Below are positions 1 through 12,719 of a stretch of 64,000 bases of DNA, piece after piece. The translations under genes were made by a program, and so were the position numbers. Every line of letters starts with the position of its first letter. The first letter of the stretch is position 1. The stretch covers positions 3,968,001 through 4,032,000 of the forward strand of contig JANHCV010000001.1 of assembly GCA_025594325.1 (NCBI GenBank), given 5' to 3'. The notes under the pieces are model-generated. The model ran no database searches. It was not told the DNA's origin and saw only the letters and a program-made list of their open reading frames with translations. This DNA is from Blastocladiella emersonii ATCC 22665 (taxonomy: Eukaryota > Fungi > Blastocladiomycota).

Positions 1-138
1 CGGTGGCGCCAGCGTGCCGATCCGACAGGATCCACCGCACCTCACCGCAGTACTGCCCGTCCGGCCACCGCACTGACCGCAGGGACGATTTTCCAGTGAT
101 GTCCGAGATCGAACCTGCTCTCTCCACAACAAACTGCT

Positions 139-492
139 ATGGAATCACAACCAAACTCGGCCATCAACGGCCCTGGCCCCGCGACCGTCGACCCAGCGGC
201 CGCCCTCGGCGCCGTGCTCGCGGGTCCTGCCGATGCCATCGCGGCTTTGGCACGCGGCTACGTCGTCGATCGCTTCATCCGCACGCACCCACGCTTCGAC
301 CCGGCGGCCTCGCCGCTACCGTCGGCCTGGTATCGGGCCATCGAGCATAGCTTGACTTACGCTGACATTCCGTTCGCCGAGCGCGTCGAGTGCATCCTTG
401 GCCTCATCGACGCGCCCGAATTCGTCATGTACGTCAAGAGCGAGCTTCTCCAGCTTGAGGACTCGTCAAGCACGTCAATGTACGAACGGTAA
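139..492 (+). pseudogene. Truncated Gag-capsid-like family member (copy A, N-terminal part only)
   Basis: GYVVDRFIRTHPRFDP..SAWYRAIE..RVECILGLIDAPEF matches the N-termini of the copies at 699 and 43.4-51.2 kb (closest to copy G). It stops after 117 aa. Confidence 0.75.
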
Positions 493-698
493 TTCCATTT
501 GTTTTCTTTGATACATACATTTGTTGCATGACTAGTTCTTCGCGTTAATGAGCGACGCATCTCCGACGGGTCGTGAGACAAGTTGCGATATTTGACGCGG
601 GCCGCATGTGACCGATTTTCGACTCGAATCCATGAGTGCTTCCGCGGCCGACTCTGACTCTTGCTCCGCGCCGATGAAGCATAGAACGTCCACTCGCC

Positions 699-2207
699 AT
701 GAAAATATCTGCAACTAGAGGCAACGACGCCCTTGACCCGGCCTCGGTGCTCGGCGCGGCCTCCGCCGACCCGGCCGCGATCGCAATCCTCGCCCGCGGC
801 TATGCCGTCGACCGTTTCGTTCGCGATAACCCCCGTTTCGACCCGTCGACGTCGAACTCGCCGATCGGATGGCTCGAGCGTGTCGAGGCGAGTCTCGATC
901 TCGCCGCCGTCCCCACGTCGTACCGCGTCGAGTGCCTGCTCGGTTTGATTGACAGCCCCGACTTCCTCGCGATCGCCAAGGACGAGCTACTCCAGCTCGA
1001 CGACCGCTCCGACTCGATGATGTTCGAGCGTCTTCGCGAGTTCTTTATCGCGACCTTCGCGCCGTACGAGCGCCATCTGGCCGATGTCGCAACTCGCCAC
1101 CTGCGCTCGCTGTGCCCCGACGGCCGATCGGACGCCGAGTTCTACCTCGCTTTCCGCGCTGCTCTTCTCGATATCCCGCTCGGCTTCCGCATGCCCGAGG
1201 CCGAAGCGACGAGCCTCTTCATCGACGCGGTCGGCCGTGACCGCTTCCCCGCCGACTTTGACGCCGATGGCTGGACGCTACCCCAGACGTACGCCGAGCT
1301 CTGCCGCACGACATACCTGGCCGAGAACCCGCAGGCGGCCGAGGAGTCAAAGGAGGAGCCCAAAATTGCCACCAATGAACCCGTCGCCGACGCGCAGGCC
1401 AAGCCCGAGATCGCTGGCGATGCCGCCCCGGTCCCGTCCACATCGGAGGCGGATCTCGCCGAGTCGGCTTCGTCCACCAACAAGGCGGCCGAGGAGATCG
1501 AGGACACGGCCGACGTTGCCGAGTCATCCAAGGATGCGGCCCCCGCTGCTGCCGTCGAGCCGATTGCCGAGCAGGCCAAACCGATCCAGCCTTCGCCGAG
1601 CCCCGCGCGGTCCAAGAAGGCGCGCAAGAAGAAGCCGGCGGCGGGCCCGCCGCCCAAGTCGGCTTCTCCGCCCGCTGTTGCTGCTCAACGGCAGGTCACG
1701 GCGCTGGTCTCGAGCCCTTCCCCCGCCGCCGCTGCCAAGGGCGTGCCCCCGATCGCCATGCCGACGTACAAGTCGCCCGGCCCGATCGAGTGGCACGTCC
1801 CGGCCGCGGGCGACGCGCCGTTCGTCGTCGGCACCATCAACAACGTGCTCGTCGCCGCGCGCCTGCTTCCGTCCACGCAAGAGAGTTTCATCTCGTCCCG
1901 CATCGTGGATCGTGCGGGGCTCAAGATCGACCCGTCCGAGACGGTGGTGCTCGCCGCTCCCGACGGCCCGCCGACCGCGTCGCTGGGTGTCGTCCACGTG
2001 CACTTGGTCGTCGGTCGAGACAAGATTCCGCTCCGGCTTCATGTCGTCAAGGACATGTTCTGGGATATCACGTACTGCCGCGACGGGATCGCGTCGCTCA
2101 CCGTGGTCAACGGCGAGTGCAAGCTGGCCGTCCGCGGCGAGCACGGGCCCGTCCCCGTCATGGTCTTCAAGCGGACCGAGATCCCGCCCTACATGTTCGA
2201 CCGCTGA
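699..2207 (+). CDS. Retrotransposon-derived Gag-capsid + acidic linker + basic patch + aspartic pseudoprotease (copy B, intact)
   Basis: Intronless 502 aa ORF. Gag-like motifs: RFDP..SPIGWLERVE, FERLREFFIATF, LRSLCPDGRSDAEFYLAF, SLFIDAVG. The C-terminus FVVGTINNVLVAARLLPSTQESFIS...WDITYCRDG fits a retropepsin fold with the catalytic D-T/S-G replaced by L-P-S. Confidence 0.8.
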   Translation: MKISATRGNDALDPASVLGAASADPAAIAILARGYAVDRFVRDNPRFDPSTSNSPIGWLERVEASLDLAAVPTSYRVECLLGLIDSPDFLAIAKDELLQLDDRSDSMMFERLREFFIATFAPYERHLADVATRHLRSLCPDGRSDAEFYLAFRAALLDIPLGFRMPEAEATSLFIDAVGRDRFPADFDADGWTLPQTYAELCRTTYLAENPQAAEESKEEPKIATNEPVADAQAKPEIAGDAAPVPSTSEADLAESASSTNKAAEEIEDTADVAESSKDAAPAAAVEPIAEQAKPIQPSPSPARSKKARKKKPAAGPPPKSASPPAVAAQRQVTALVSSPSPAAAAKGVPPIAMPTYKSPGPIEWHVPAAGDAPFVVGTINNVLVAARLLPSTQESFISSRIVDRAGLKIDPSETVVLAAPDGPPTASLGVVHVHLVVGRDKIPLRLHVVKDMFWDITYCRDGIASLTVVNGECKLAVRGEHGPVPVMVFKRTEIPPYMFDR

Positions 2208-3022
2208 TTTCGGACGAGATGGAGATGAATGTGGACGCTATAAATGCCGATTTGCGGTATCACCCGCTTTTGAATCCGCATCCTTCTTCTTGAGCAGCAT
2301 GGTCGTGGTTTAAGCAGCGGTCGCGCCGCATTCTGCTCAACGTGCGAGTCAAGAACAGTTTGGTCGAACTCGGGCTTGTCGAGCACGTCGAGGCCGCGAG
2401 CCGAGCGGGAAGTTGCCGCCGAAGTGACGCGGTCGGTGATCGCGGTCGCGACCATGGCCACGGCCACGGTGACCAACGACCCGGCCTCGCCTCGCTCAGG
2501 ATCACGATCAAGTCCAGGGATTGAAAGTGAAACCGTGACAATAATTAAAAAATGGACAAAGAAAACGCACAAAAGGAGAGCGAGGGGGAGGAGATATGGA
2601 GTGGGAGAGCGGGATGAGCGAGGATGACATTGGCGAGAGGGGAGGAGAGCTTGGCCAAAATGAAGGCGAGAGAAAGGAATCGCGCAAGTTCAGCGAGGAT
2701 GACGAATCTCGCGAAGCTCGACCGCGGGCAAGAGGGGAGAGGAAGAGAGGTGGAGACGGGTGGGTATCGCGGGCAGGCGGCAGGCGGCGGGGCATCAGAC
2801 CTCCACAACTCGTTCGGCACCACCACCACCACCACCTCGTGGAATACGCAATGGGTGCGAGTACATCGGGCAAGGGGAGTGAAGGAGGGAGTGAGGAAAA
2901 AAGTGGCGGCAACGAGGTGCAAAACCGGTCTTGAGGTGGTGAGTGAGTGGGGCGAAGGAAGTGTGGAGGGACGCGCGTGCGCGGGGTAGGCCGCTGCGGG
3001 AGCGTGTGTCAAACGACCCACC

Positions 3023-6000
3023 CTAGTGGTGGTTGACGCTGCGCGACACGCTCTTGAACAGGCGCTCGATATCGGGCGCGCACCGCGTGAACCCGTACTC
3101 CCAGAACGTGTACTGCGGGCCCTTGATCAGCTCGATGAACGTGACGAGGAGGCCCCACGGGTGCGGGCGGTTGGCGATGAGCCGCTCGAGGAGCACACGC
3201 GTGATCTGCTCCTGCAGCGCGTCCTCGGCGCCGCCGCCGGCCGCGAGCGCCGACGACGCGGGCTCGGGTTTGCCGTCGGCCCCGACGGGCGCGGGCAGGT
3301 CCTTCTGCGCGAACAAGAACAGCAGCAGGCCGCTGAAGTAGCGCGTGTGCGCGTTCGGGTACCGCAGATGATTGGCGATGGCCGACAGCACGAGGTACCG
3401 GCCCTCCGAGTCGAGGCGTGCGAGCAGGTCGCGGAAGAAGGCAAACTTGGCCTGGCCGGCGCCGCTGGCGGCCGCGGCGGACTCGTTGCCCGACTCGGCG
3501 GCGGCCTTGGCGGCGGCGGCGGCGCCCTCCTCGACGTCCTCGTTACCGGCGAGCAGAACGAGCGCGCTGATGAGCGCCACATTGTACGTCGAGCCGGTGA
3601 TCTCGTCAGTCGCGCCGTCGGCGAGGCGGAGCTTGGCGACGGCGGCCTCGGCGTCCCACGCGCGGTCGCTGAGCCCGGCGTCGAGCACGGTGCGGCTGAG
3701 CGCGTCGAGCGGGATGACGGGGATGGTGCTCGTGTCGGGGAGCATGTCCATGCGCAGGTTGAACGTGAAGGGGTCGGGGAGGCGCATGGTGCGCGGGAAC
3801 GCCGACAGGATCAGGTTGCGCAGCTGGAGGCACCCGGACGGGATCACAGCGCACAGCGCGTAGTAGTACTCGCACAGGAACTCGGGGAAATCGTGCAGCA
3901 GGACCAGGAGCACGCGCAGCGTGCCGCGGTACAGGTGCAGCGTCGGCTCGCGCAGCCAGCCCTCGCGCAGGAACGGGACCAGGAACCGGAACAGCGCGAG
4001 GAGGAGCCGCGAGAACATGGGCCACCCGCGCCGCTCCTCCTGGAGCAGCAGCTTGGGCATGAGCTGCCGGTGCGCGACGAGCGTGAGCCACGAGAAGGCG
4101 AACCCGGGGAGGAACATGGGTTGGAGCGTGTGGATCGTCTCGGCCATGGACTGCAGCATGTAGAAGTACACGGGCTGGAACCCGGCCTCCTGCGCGTTGA
4201 GCTCGTACAGCAGCGACGACAGCAGGCGGAAGTACGGCCGCTGGTTGAAGGCGCGCTGCTGGGTCTCGTGCGCGGCGACGAGCACGAGCACGATGATCGA
4301 CACGATCTTGTTGAAGAAGGCGAGGCGCGACTGCTGGTGCGGGAGCGGCGCGGTGCCGTTGGCCTCGGCGCCGTCCTTGGCCGCGCTGCTGCTGCCGTTG
4401 GTCTCACCGCCGGCGGCGGGCGCGACGTGGGACTCGTCGTGGTACTTGGTCAGCAGGATGACGAGCTTGGCGAAGGCGTCAATGGCCTGGCACGCCATGG
4501 CGGGGCCGGCTGACACCTTGTACGCCTTGAGCCACGCGTCGATGCTGAGCTCGGTGCACACGCGGAAGAAGAGGCAGAACGTGTCGTCGTTCGAGTAGAT
4601 GACGGACCGCTGCATCTCGCCAATGAACACGCGGAACATGGCCTCGTTGGCGTTCGGGTGCTGCAGGAGCCGCAACCACTCGGCGAACGTGTACGTGAGC
4701 TGCTCGCGGAGCTGGAGCGCCTCGGCGGTCAGCGCCGTGGCCGAGGCCTCGTCGGCCGCCGCCGCCGCGTTCTGCGCAACGCGCTGGCGCAGCGCGACAA
4801 TGAACGCCTTGACGCTCTCGGGCGCCTTGCCCGCCATGACGAGGCGGTGCAGCACGTCGACCGTGTTGAACCAGTCGTTGGGCGTGGCGATCCCGGCGAT
4901 CGCGGGGTTGGTCACGGCAGCGCCGGCCGCCGCGCCCGTCGCGTCCGAGGCGGGGAGCGCGGTGCCCGTGGTCTGCGCGACGAGCTCGATGGCGTACTCG
5001 ATGAGGTTCTTGCCGGCCTCGATGAGGCGGGCCAGCTGCGCGTCGACGTCGGCGACGAGGAGGAGCTGCGCCTTGATGAGCGCGGCCGTGGCCGCGACGT
5101 TGTACTTGCGCTCGTCCTCGGCGTACAGGAGCCACTGGACGACCTCGCGGCCGGCGCGGATCGAGGCGCTGCACAGGTCGCGGAGCACGACCGCGTACAC
5201 CTCGCGGGCGAGGTCCGACGTGGCCGAGTACAGGGGCTGGATCACCTTGGTGCAGAACATGAGCGCGAGGTCGTCGCGCGACGCGTTGGTCGCCGACGGC
5301 AGGAGCTGCGGGACCTGGCGCATCACGACGCGCATCTCGTGCGTGGCGGGGACCTCGGGGAGCGTCGCGTACATGGACGGGGTCGACGTGACCGAGGCGA
5401 GGTGCGACTCGAGGTCGGCCATGGCCTTGGTGAACCGGTCAATCGACTGCTGCAGCGTGACCTCCTCGGACCCGTCCTCGCCGCCGGCGCCCGCACCGAG
5501 CCCGCTCATGCCAGAGTGGATGCTGCCGCGGGAGAACCCACCCATGCCGGCGAGCCCGCCGTGGCCGCCGCCGTACGGCATGCGCGAGTACTCCTCGTAC
5601 ACGGAGAACTGCTGCGGCGTGAGCCCGCCGACCTTGAGGCGGAGCACGTCGGGGAGCCCGGCGAGGCGGGTCCGGTACTCGGCCGCGGTGCCGGGCGGGA
5701 GCTCGTAGAAGGTCTTGCCGACGTCGCGCACCTGCTTGCGCTTCATGAGCGCGGGCGCGAGCTGCTCGTCGAGCTCGGGGATCACCTTCTCCATGGCGGC
5801 GCGCTCAATCAGGCGGCACCCGATCTCGAGGTTGTCGGCAACCGTGACGTGGATGTGCTGCTCCGTGACCTGCTGCTCGGTGACGCCGTTCTGCATCAGC
5901 ATCGAGCGGAGGTACGCGCCCATGTTGAGGCGCAGCGGGTCCTTGCACGTCACGAGCGCGAGGGACCCGGCGAGCTGCTGGCCCATGAGATGCGCGGCCG

Positions 6001-9000
6001 TGCGCACGCGCACCTCGTCGCCCTCGGTGGCAAAGTCCTTGAGCACGAGCTCGCGCGTCGAGATGGCCGCGATCGTGACGGACCGCTCGACGACGGGGCC
6101 GAGCGTCTCGCGGATCGCGCGGTCGAAGGCGACGTGCACGAGCCGCTTGGCGTGGATCGGGAACGTCGGGATGAACACGATGAACGAAGCGAGGTTCTGC
6201 AGCGTGATGTGCGCGTACGCCGCGGCGCCCGCGTTGACGGGCTGCGCAATGCCGCCGGCGACACCGCCAGCAGCAGCGAGGAGCGCGTTGGGCGCGTGCG
6301 CCATGGCGTGCGGGTCGCCGCCGAAACCGGCGGGCGGGTGGCCCATGCCGCCGGGTACGAGGGCGCCACCGGCCGCACCGGCGGGGCCGGCGATCCCGGG
6401 CGGAACGACGACGCCAGCGAGGTCCGCGGCGCCGGGGAGGCCGAGCGGCGCGGCGATGCCGAGGCGGCGGGCGCGCAGGAGCTCGGTGGGCTTGACCTCG
6501 GACAGCTCGATGGCGATGCTCTTGCACAGCACCTCGATCTCGAACTTGAGGTTGAGCTTGATGTCGGCAAAGTGGTACAGCTCGACGAGCAGGCCGAGGA
6601 TGGCCATGAGCCACGGGTTGGGCGGGACGAAGACCGACGAGTGCTTGGCCTGCTGGAGCACCTGGCACACGAATGGCACCACGACCATGAGCCGCTGGTG
6701 GTCGTAGCCCTCGAGGAGGAGCTCCTTGATGGCGAGGTGCTTGTGCTTGATGGGCCGGTCCTGGCCGAGCGTGAGGGCGCCGAGCCACGCGCCAATGTTC
6801 TTGAGCTTGGCGCGCTCGGGCGCCGCCTCGGCCGTGCGGTCCGAGTTGAGCACCGCCTCGGTCAGCACGTACGTGTCGTAGAGGATGCACTTGTCGAGCG
6901 TGCGCGACGCGAACGCGCGGAGGAACGACACGTAGAGCGGCTGGAAGTTGGGCTCGACGGCGGCGCGCACGCGCACGAGGTACTCGGAGAACCACCGGTA
7001 GTAAGCCTCGGTGAGCAGGGCGCGCGCGTCGGCGACCTTGGCCTCGAGGTTGGTCTGCGACAGATTGTTGATGAGGAACAGGATGCGGTCCTTGGCCTGG
7101 TCCGACGGCGGCATGTGCTCGAGCCCGCCCGTGAGCGTCGGGTCGACGACGAGCGCCTTGAACGGCTTGCTCGGCAGCTTCTCCTGCACGAGCTGGATGA
7201 TCTCGGGCGCCGTCTGCACGAGCCCGGGCAGCGTCACGAGCTGCTTGGCAAACGACTGGAACTCGGACACGCGCGGCAGGAACTGGCCGAGCGCGCGCAG
7301 CCCAAAGTGGAACATCTTGGTCGTCTCGGGCTGCGACAGCGACTCGAGGATGAACTTGAGCGCCTCCTCCTGGAGGTTCGGCCCGCCGGCCGCGGCCGCG
7401 CCGTTGGCGCCGCCGCCCTGCGCGGGACCGCCCGTGGGCAGCAGACCGTGTGCGATGAGCTGGCCGAGGAAGTCGGCCGAGAGGGTGAGGTTGCGGTCCG
7501 GGTACGTGTGGAAGAACTTGGCCTCCTCCATGAACGTGGTGACGGTGCAGGCAAAGACGCCCTGCGACGCCTTGTCCTGGGTGTTGCGCAGCGTGACGAG
7601 GTGGTTGATGAAGTCGAGCAGCAGCATCTCCTCCTTGTAGAACATGTCGAACAGGCGCATCGACTGCTCCTCAAAGTCGCGGTGGAACCCGGACTCGCCC
7701 TTGTCGCTGGCGAGCGAGAGCGACGCGAGCGCGGCCGCAAGGTCGGGCGAGAACCCGGACCCGTGGCTGCTGAGCACCGCGACAAAGTGCGCCGCCGTGT
7801 CGTTGGTGAGCGGCGAGTTGGGCGCGTTGAGCTTGACCTTGACGTACTCGACGCACGCGCGGGCAAACGCCTCGCCGTGCTCGTGGATCATCTCGGGCAC
7901 CCACAGCTCGAGGTTGAGGTAGCTGCGGTGCGACGCGAGCGCCGCGAGGTCGAGCGCGAACGTGAGCGGCGTGCGCTTGAGCACGTCGCCCAGCACCTTG
8001 AGGTCCTGGCACACGTCGAGCAGGCGCCGCAGCCGGGAGCTGTCCTCGCGGTGCAGCTCGACCATGCACGCGACCATGGTCGCGGGCGCGTGCGTCCACA
8101 GCCGCGGGAGGACGAAGGCGGAGGTGGGCTTGCCGAGGAGGAACTCCTTGGTGAGCGAGATGACGCGCTCGCCGTGGATACCCGCATCGGGCGACGCGGG
8201 CGCGCCGGCGGGCAGGAGCTGCGCGAGGCCGAGGAGCAGGAGCTCGGGCGCCTGGGCCGAGGCGTTGTGGATGAACTCCTTGACGGCGGCGGTGCACTCG
8301 GGGTGGTCCAGCAGCGCGAGCATGGTGTCGAGCACGTCGAGCGAGTTGAGCGCCTGGTTGGGCAGCGCCGTGATGGGGACGCTGCGGCCGGACCCGGACG
8401 TGGCCATGACGAGCTCCTCCTGCGTCACCACCTTGCGCGTCTCGTTGGCCGGGTAGTCGGCAAAGTTGAACTTATCGGGTGGCGCCTGGATGCTGTGCGC
8501 GACTATGGTGAACTGCGCGTACGCGTTGTGCCACCGGTCGAAGAGCACGTGGATCGGGAACTTGGACTTGGTTGCGCGGCGGTACACGTCGACGATGAGC
8601 TCGAAGCCGCGCAGGTCGCGCACCTGGAACCCGTCGACGTCGAGGCACTTGACGGCCTGCGCCCAGTCGGGGCGGTGCCCGTATTGGTTGACGACCGTGA
8701 CGAACACCTCGAGGTCCCACGTGGAGCGCGGGCTCTTGGTCGCGTTGATGATGGGGGTCCATGGTCCGGGGACGGGGTCCTCGAGGTCCGAGTGCGTCAT
8801 GGCCATGGTGGCGAGCGCGCGGCCGAGCTGCACGGGGTCGCTCAGCGCGCCCGAGACGGCGCGGGCGTTGCCCATGTGCGCGACGAGGCAGCCGTGGAAG
8901 ACATCGGGCGTGTACAGCACGAGGTACCCGGCCTTTCGCAGGAGGGCCGCAATGGACCGGCTACCCAATGAAAGTGTGTGAGTGTCTCGATCGCGTGAAG

Positions 9001-10260
9001 CAGCGAGCCACGGATAATTGAGCGTACTCGTCAGACTGCGACATGGTAGGGGATGCGGCGTCGAGGTCGTTGTCGGCGGGCGAGGCCGAGAGGAGGCGAC
9101 GCGCGATCAGCGGGAGTGCGGCCGTCGAGTACTTGTGGATGTACTCGTCGAGGGCGGGAGCGGGCGGCGAGGTCTCGCAGACCTGGCGGAACACCGAGGA
9201 GCCGCGCGAGATGAGCTTGAGGACTGGTGGCGGGAATCGAGTCGATTCGAGGTTCGTCAGCGTGACGTTCAGCGTCAGTCCCCCACAATCGAGAGAATCA
9301 CGTACCGAGATCAACGGCCGGATCGTCGCTGGCGAGCGCAGCGAAGATGGCGAGGGCGGCGACAAACTGCTCGTGGACGGCGATCCCGCACGAGGCGACG
9401 AGGCGGGTGAGGGCCTGGACGTCGTCCGAGGTCGGGGCGACGCGCGGGAGGACCTCGGCGAGGCTCGTGTACCAGACGGGGGTCGGGCAGGTGAGGGCGC
9501 GCTGGAGGCACGCGGCGATCAGCGGCAGGAGGCCAGCGTGCTGGCGGTTGGCCTGGGCGAGCGCGGCGGCCTGCTGCTGCTGTTGCTGTTGCTGCTGCTG
9601 CTGGCGCTGGGAGCCGGAGCGGTGCGATCCGCGCGAGGACGAGCCCGAGCCGGTCGAGGCAGCGGCGGCGGGGGCGGAAGAGTTTGCGCCACCGGGCGAC
9701 GGCGAGGCAGTTGGGGAAGACGCGTCGGCTGAGCCGGTCCGCTGGGCGGCGTTGGCGGCGGACTGGACGACGGCGAGCGAGAGGAGCTCGGTGAGGAAGA
9801 CGGCGTGGGTGCCGGTGCGGTCGATGCTCTCGAGCAGCGCGATGCGGTGGGCGTGGGCGGTGGCAGCCGCGTCCTCGGCCGCGTCGGAAGAGGAGGTCGG
9901 GGTGGCGGGGCTGGCGAGCGAGGCGGCGGCGCCGAGGAGCGACGACGAGGCGGACGCGGAGACGGCGGGGAGCGAGGCCGAGGGCGTCGACGGCGGGGTC
10001 GAGGTCGCAGAGGGGCCGGTTGGGGCAGTCGCGTCGTCGGCGAGGGTCAGGGGCAGCAGACGCGCGAGGTGGACCAGCGGCACGGAGGTGGTGGCCAGAC
10101 GCGCCGCGTTGGCGGTCGGGAAGGCCGACGAGGCGGTCGAGCGGGCGGGTCTGCTGGAGGCGGCGAGGGCGGCGGCGTGGGCGGCGGCGGGCGAGGCGGA
10201 GCGCGACGGCACGGCGGCGGCGGAAGACGAAGCGAGGCCCGGGCCGGTTGTAGACGACAT
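3023..10260 (-). CDS. NOT1: CCR4-NOT scaffold subunit Not1 (3 exons)
   Basis: C-terminal Not1 motifs (LIANRPHPWGLLVTFIELIK, FTRCAPDIERLF) and IFLINNLSQTNL, YDTYVL...LKNIGAWLG. Introns 9224-9305 (GTACGT..CAG) and 8961-9027 (GTACGC..TAG) join three ORFs in frame. Confidence 0.95.
9571..9603 (-). repeat. CAG/CAA polyglutamine tract (11 Q) in NOT1 exon 1
   Basis: Directly visible ctg/ttg triplet run on the + strand. Confidence 0.9.
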
Positions 10261-11354
10261 TCACGCTCGCGCTCCGTGCGCGCGCGGGACGGGAGGGCGG
10301 GGCAGCAGCCGGTCGAGAGGGGGGTGGGCGGGGTCGCGCAGTCGCCGGTCGAGAGCGAGAGTGGATCAACCGAGTGGAGCGGGTCGGGGCGGGAGGGCGT
10401 CGCGCCGAGTCAAACGCGTCGCCAAAGGGCGGGAAGACGGCGAGTCGTGCTCCTGCTGCTACTGCGGATGACTAGATGTGTTCGTGCACGCTCTGAGATC
10501 AGGACTGGTTGCGGAGGCGGAGCGGAGCGGACACGGTCGGTCGGCGCGAGGCAGAGCGAGACCCGGGTCTCACCGCCGTCTCGTCCGAGACTGACGACAT
10601 CCACTCACAGCTCGCGAAGCAAGAATGAATGAAATCCGTACGCGTCGATGGGCGGTGCCAGCAGCAAGCCGCAGTCGCAGATGCGGTCGCGGGCGTCCAG
10701 GGATCGGTTGCCCGTTCAGCGGTCGAGGGGTTGCACCAGAGACCGAGTCGCAGCACCAGACGGCGCAGAGCACGCGTGTACGCGGACGGGCAAGCTGGCG
10801 AGGACGAGAATGCGCGCGGACGAGTCGGCGATGGGCGCGATGGGGGTCGCCTGCGCAGCACGGGGCGGGACGCTTGCTTGCGGACGTGAATGCACCCCGA
10901 GTCACGCGTGCGCTGGACGAGGCGGCAGGAGGGATGCGCGCGCGGGCGGGACACGGATGCAGCGGGGGCAAGAGGCGATGCGATGCACACAAAACTTCGC
11001 GTCGCTTCACGAGAGCGCGGCGGGGCGGGGCGGTCGCGGGCGGGGGGCTGCAGCGCTGCGTGGGCGCGGATGCGGGGAGTGCGTGGGCGCGAGCTGGGCC
11101 GGGTGCAGCGAGACGGGGGCGGCGGCGGGGGTCGGCGGCGACGGTGGGGACGGCGACCTGACTCGCGCGAAAAAAAGTGCACGCCTCGAAGCGAAGCGGG
11201 CGCGCGTTTCCCGCTCGGCTGACGGCGGGTGGATACCACGTGGCGCGCGGGCGCAATACCATTTTGAGGACTCCGTTCGCGATTTATATTACCGTTGGTA
11301 GTGATTGGGAGGAAATGCCGCCACCACAGGGCGTGTGATGGGGACGAGACCGAT

Positions 11355-12719
11355 CTACAGCGTCGCGTTGGCGAGCGCGCGCTGGACCGTGGCCACGGCG
11401 GCGAGCGCGTCCTTGGCCGACGCGAACCCGGGCGCCTGCACCGCGCGCACGCGGAGCACGTAGTGGAACCGTGGGTCGTCCTGCGTCGGCACCTGCCCGA
11501 GGAACTCGAACAGGTCCTGCTTCCGCGCCGCCTGCTGCACGGGCGCCGCCACCGCCGGGGCCGCCGATGGCCGCGGGGACGCGGCAGGCTTGGTCTTGCC
11601 GCCGAGGTAGTCGTAAAAGTCGAGCTCCTGCGCGAGACTCTTGAGGGCGAACTTGGGCTCGGGCTTGCGCACGCGGTGCGTGCCCTCGAGCTGAACGTGG
11701 AGCATGGGCGCGTCCTTGGCCGCCGCCGCAGCACCAGCGCCGCGCGCGCCGAGCAGCGGCTTGCCGTCGACGACGAGCGCGAGCCCGCGGACCGACGCCA
11801 GTGCCTCGAGGACCTGCCGCGTGCCGACCTTGGTCGACGATACGGGCACCTCGACCGTGGTCGGGGTGAACAGCGGCGCGACCGGCTTCGGCTCCGGGTG
11901 CACCACCTCGCGCGGCTGCAGCTTGCGCTGCGCCACGTACGAGAGCACGTCGCCCTTGAGCAGGCGGCCCTGCGGGCCCGTCGCCGCCACCTTACCGAGG
12001 TCCGCCTCCGTCAGCGCGTACAGGTGCATCAGGTGCGACACGGCCGGGCCAATGTGCGCGTGGCGCCGACCGGCAGCGGCGGCCGGCGCCGGCGATGGCT
12101 TCGCGGCAGCGGGTGCGGGAGCAGGGGCAGCAGCAGGGGCGGGAGTAGGGGCCGGCGCGGCGGCGACTGGTTTGGGGGCAGGCGGCGCCGGGGCGGCGGC
12201 GGGCGCAGCGGGAGCGACTAGACATGCACATCGCGTCAGCAACTCATGCTCATCGATCTCGTTTGATGAGATACGCACGCTTGGCAAAGTCAATGGACGC
12301 GACATCCTCGCCCTCCTCGGCGACGACGGCGATGACCGAGTTGACCTTGACGGCCTTGGTGCCGGGCGCGACCATGATCTTGGCCAGCGTGCCGTCGTCC
12401 TGTGCGTCCACCTCGAGCTGCGCCTTGTCCGTCTCGACCTCGAACAGGATGTCGCCGGCCGAGAAGGTCTGGCCCTCCTGGACGTGCCACTTGACGAGCG
12501 TGCCCTCGGTCATGGTGGGCGACAGCGCGGGCTAAACGCACGCAGCAGATCATGTTGAGCGCCTCGAAACCCCCTCATCGAACAAGCGGGAGGCGAAGAA
12601 CCGACCATCATGAGGTTCTGCGCCGCGTGGGCCGCGCTGGCGTGGAACAGGCGCGCGCGCGCGCCCGCAGCAACGGTGCGGGTCGCGGACGCGAGCATCG
12701 ACATGGAGGCAGTGTTCAT
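11355..12719 (-). CDS. PDX1: Pyruvate dehydrogenase complex protein X / E3-binding-like (mitochondrial)
   Basis: Presequence-like exon 1, a lipoyl domain (PALSPTMTEG...EVETDKA), and an E3-binding motif (GPAVSHL...ATGPQGRLLKGDVL). No full acetyltransferase domain. Two introns restore the frame. Confidence 0.8.

Noticed and set aside
488-698. Splicing of copy A into copy B via GTAATT at the A stop
   Set aside because: No convincing branch point or in-frame acceptor was found, and B has its own conserved start context.
2189-2960. Small ORFs and purine-rich/CAC-repeat tract between copy B and NOT1
   Set aside because: No recognisable domain or consistent gene model; could be the NOT1 3' UTR. 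A small gene cannot be excluded.
4658-8971. 1437 aa + strand ORF and many other long overlapping ORFs
   Set aside because: These are antisense or shifted shadows of GC3-biased real genes, expected at this GC content.
10300-11340. ORFs in the NOT1 upstream region
   Set aside because: Arg/Ala/Pro-rich, with no codon bias or motif; most likely promoter or UTR sequence.
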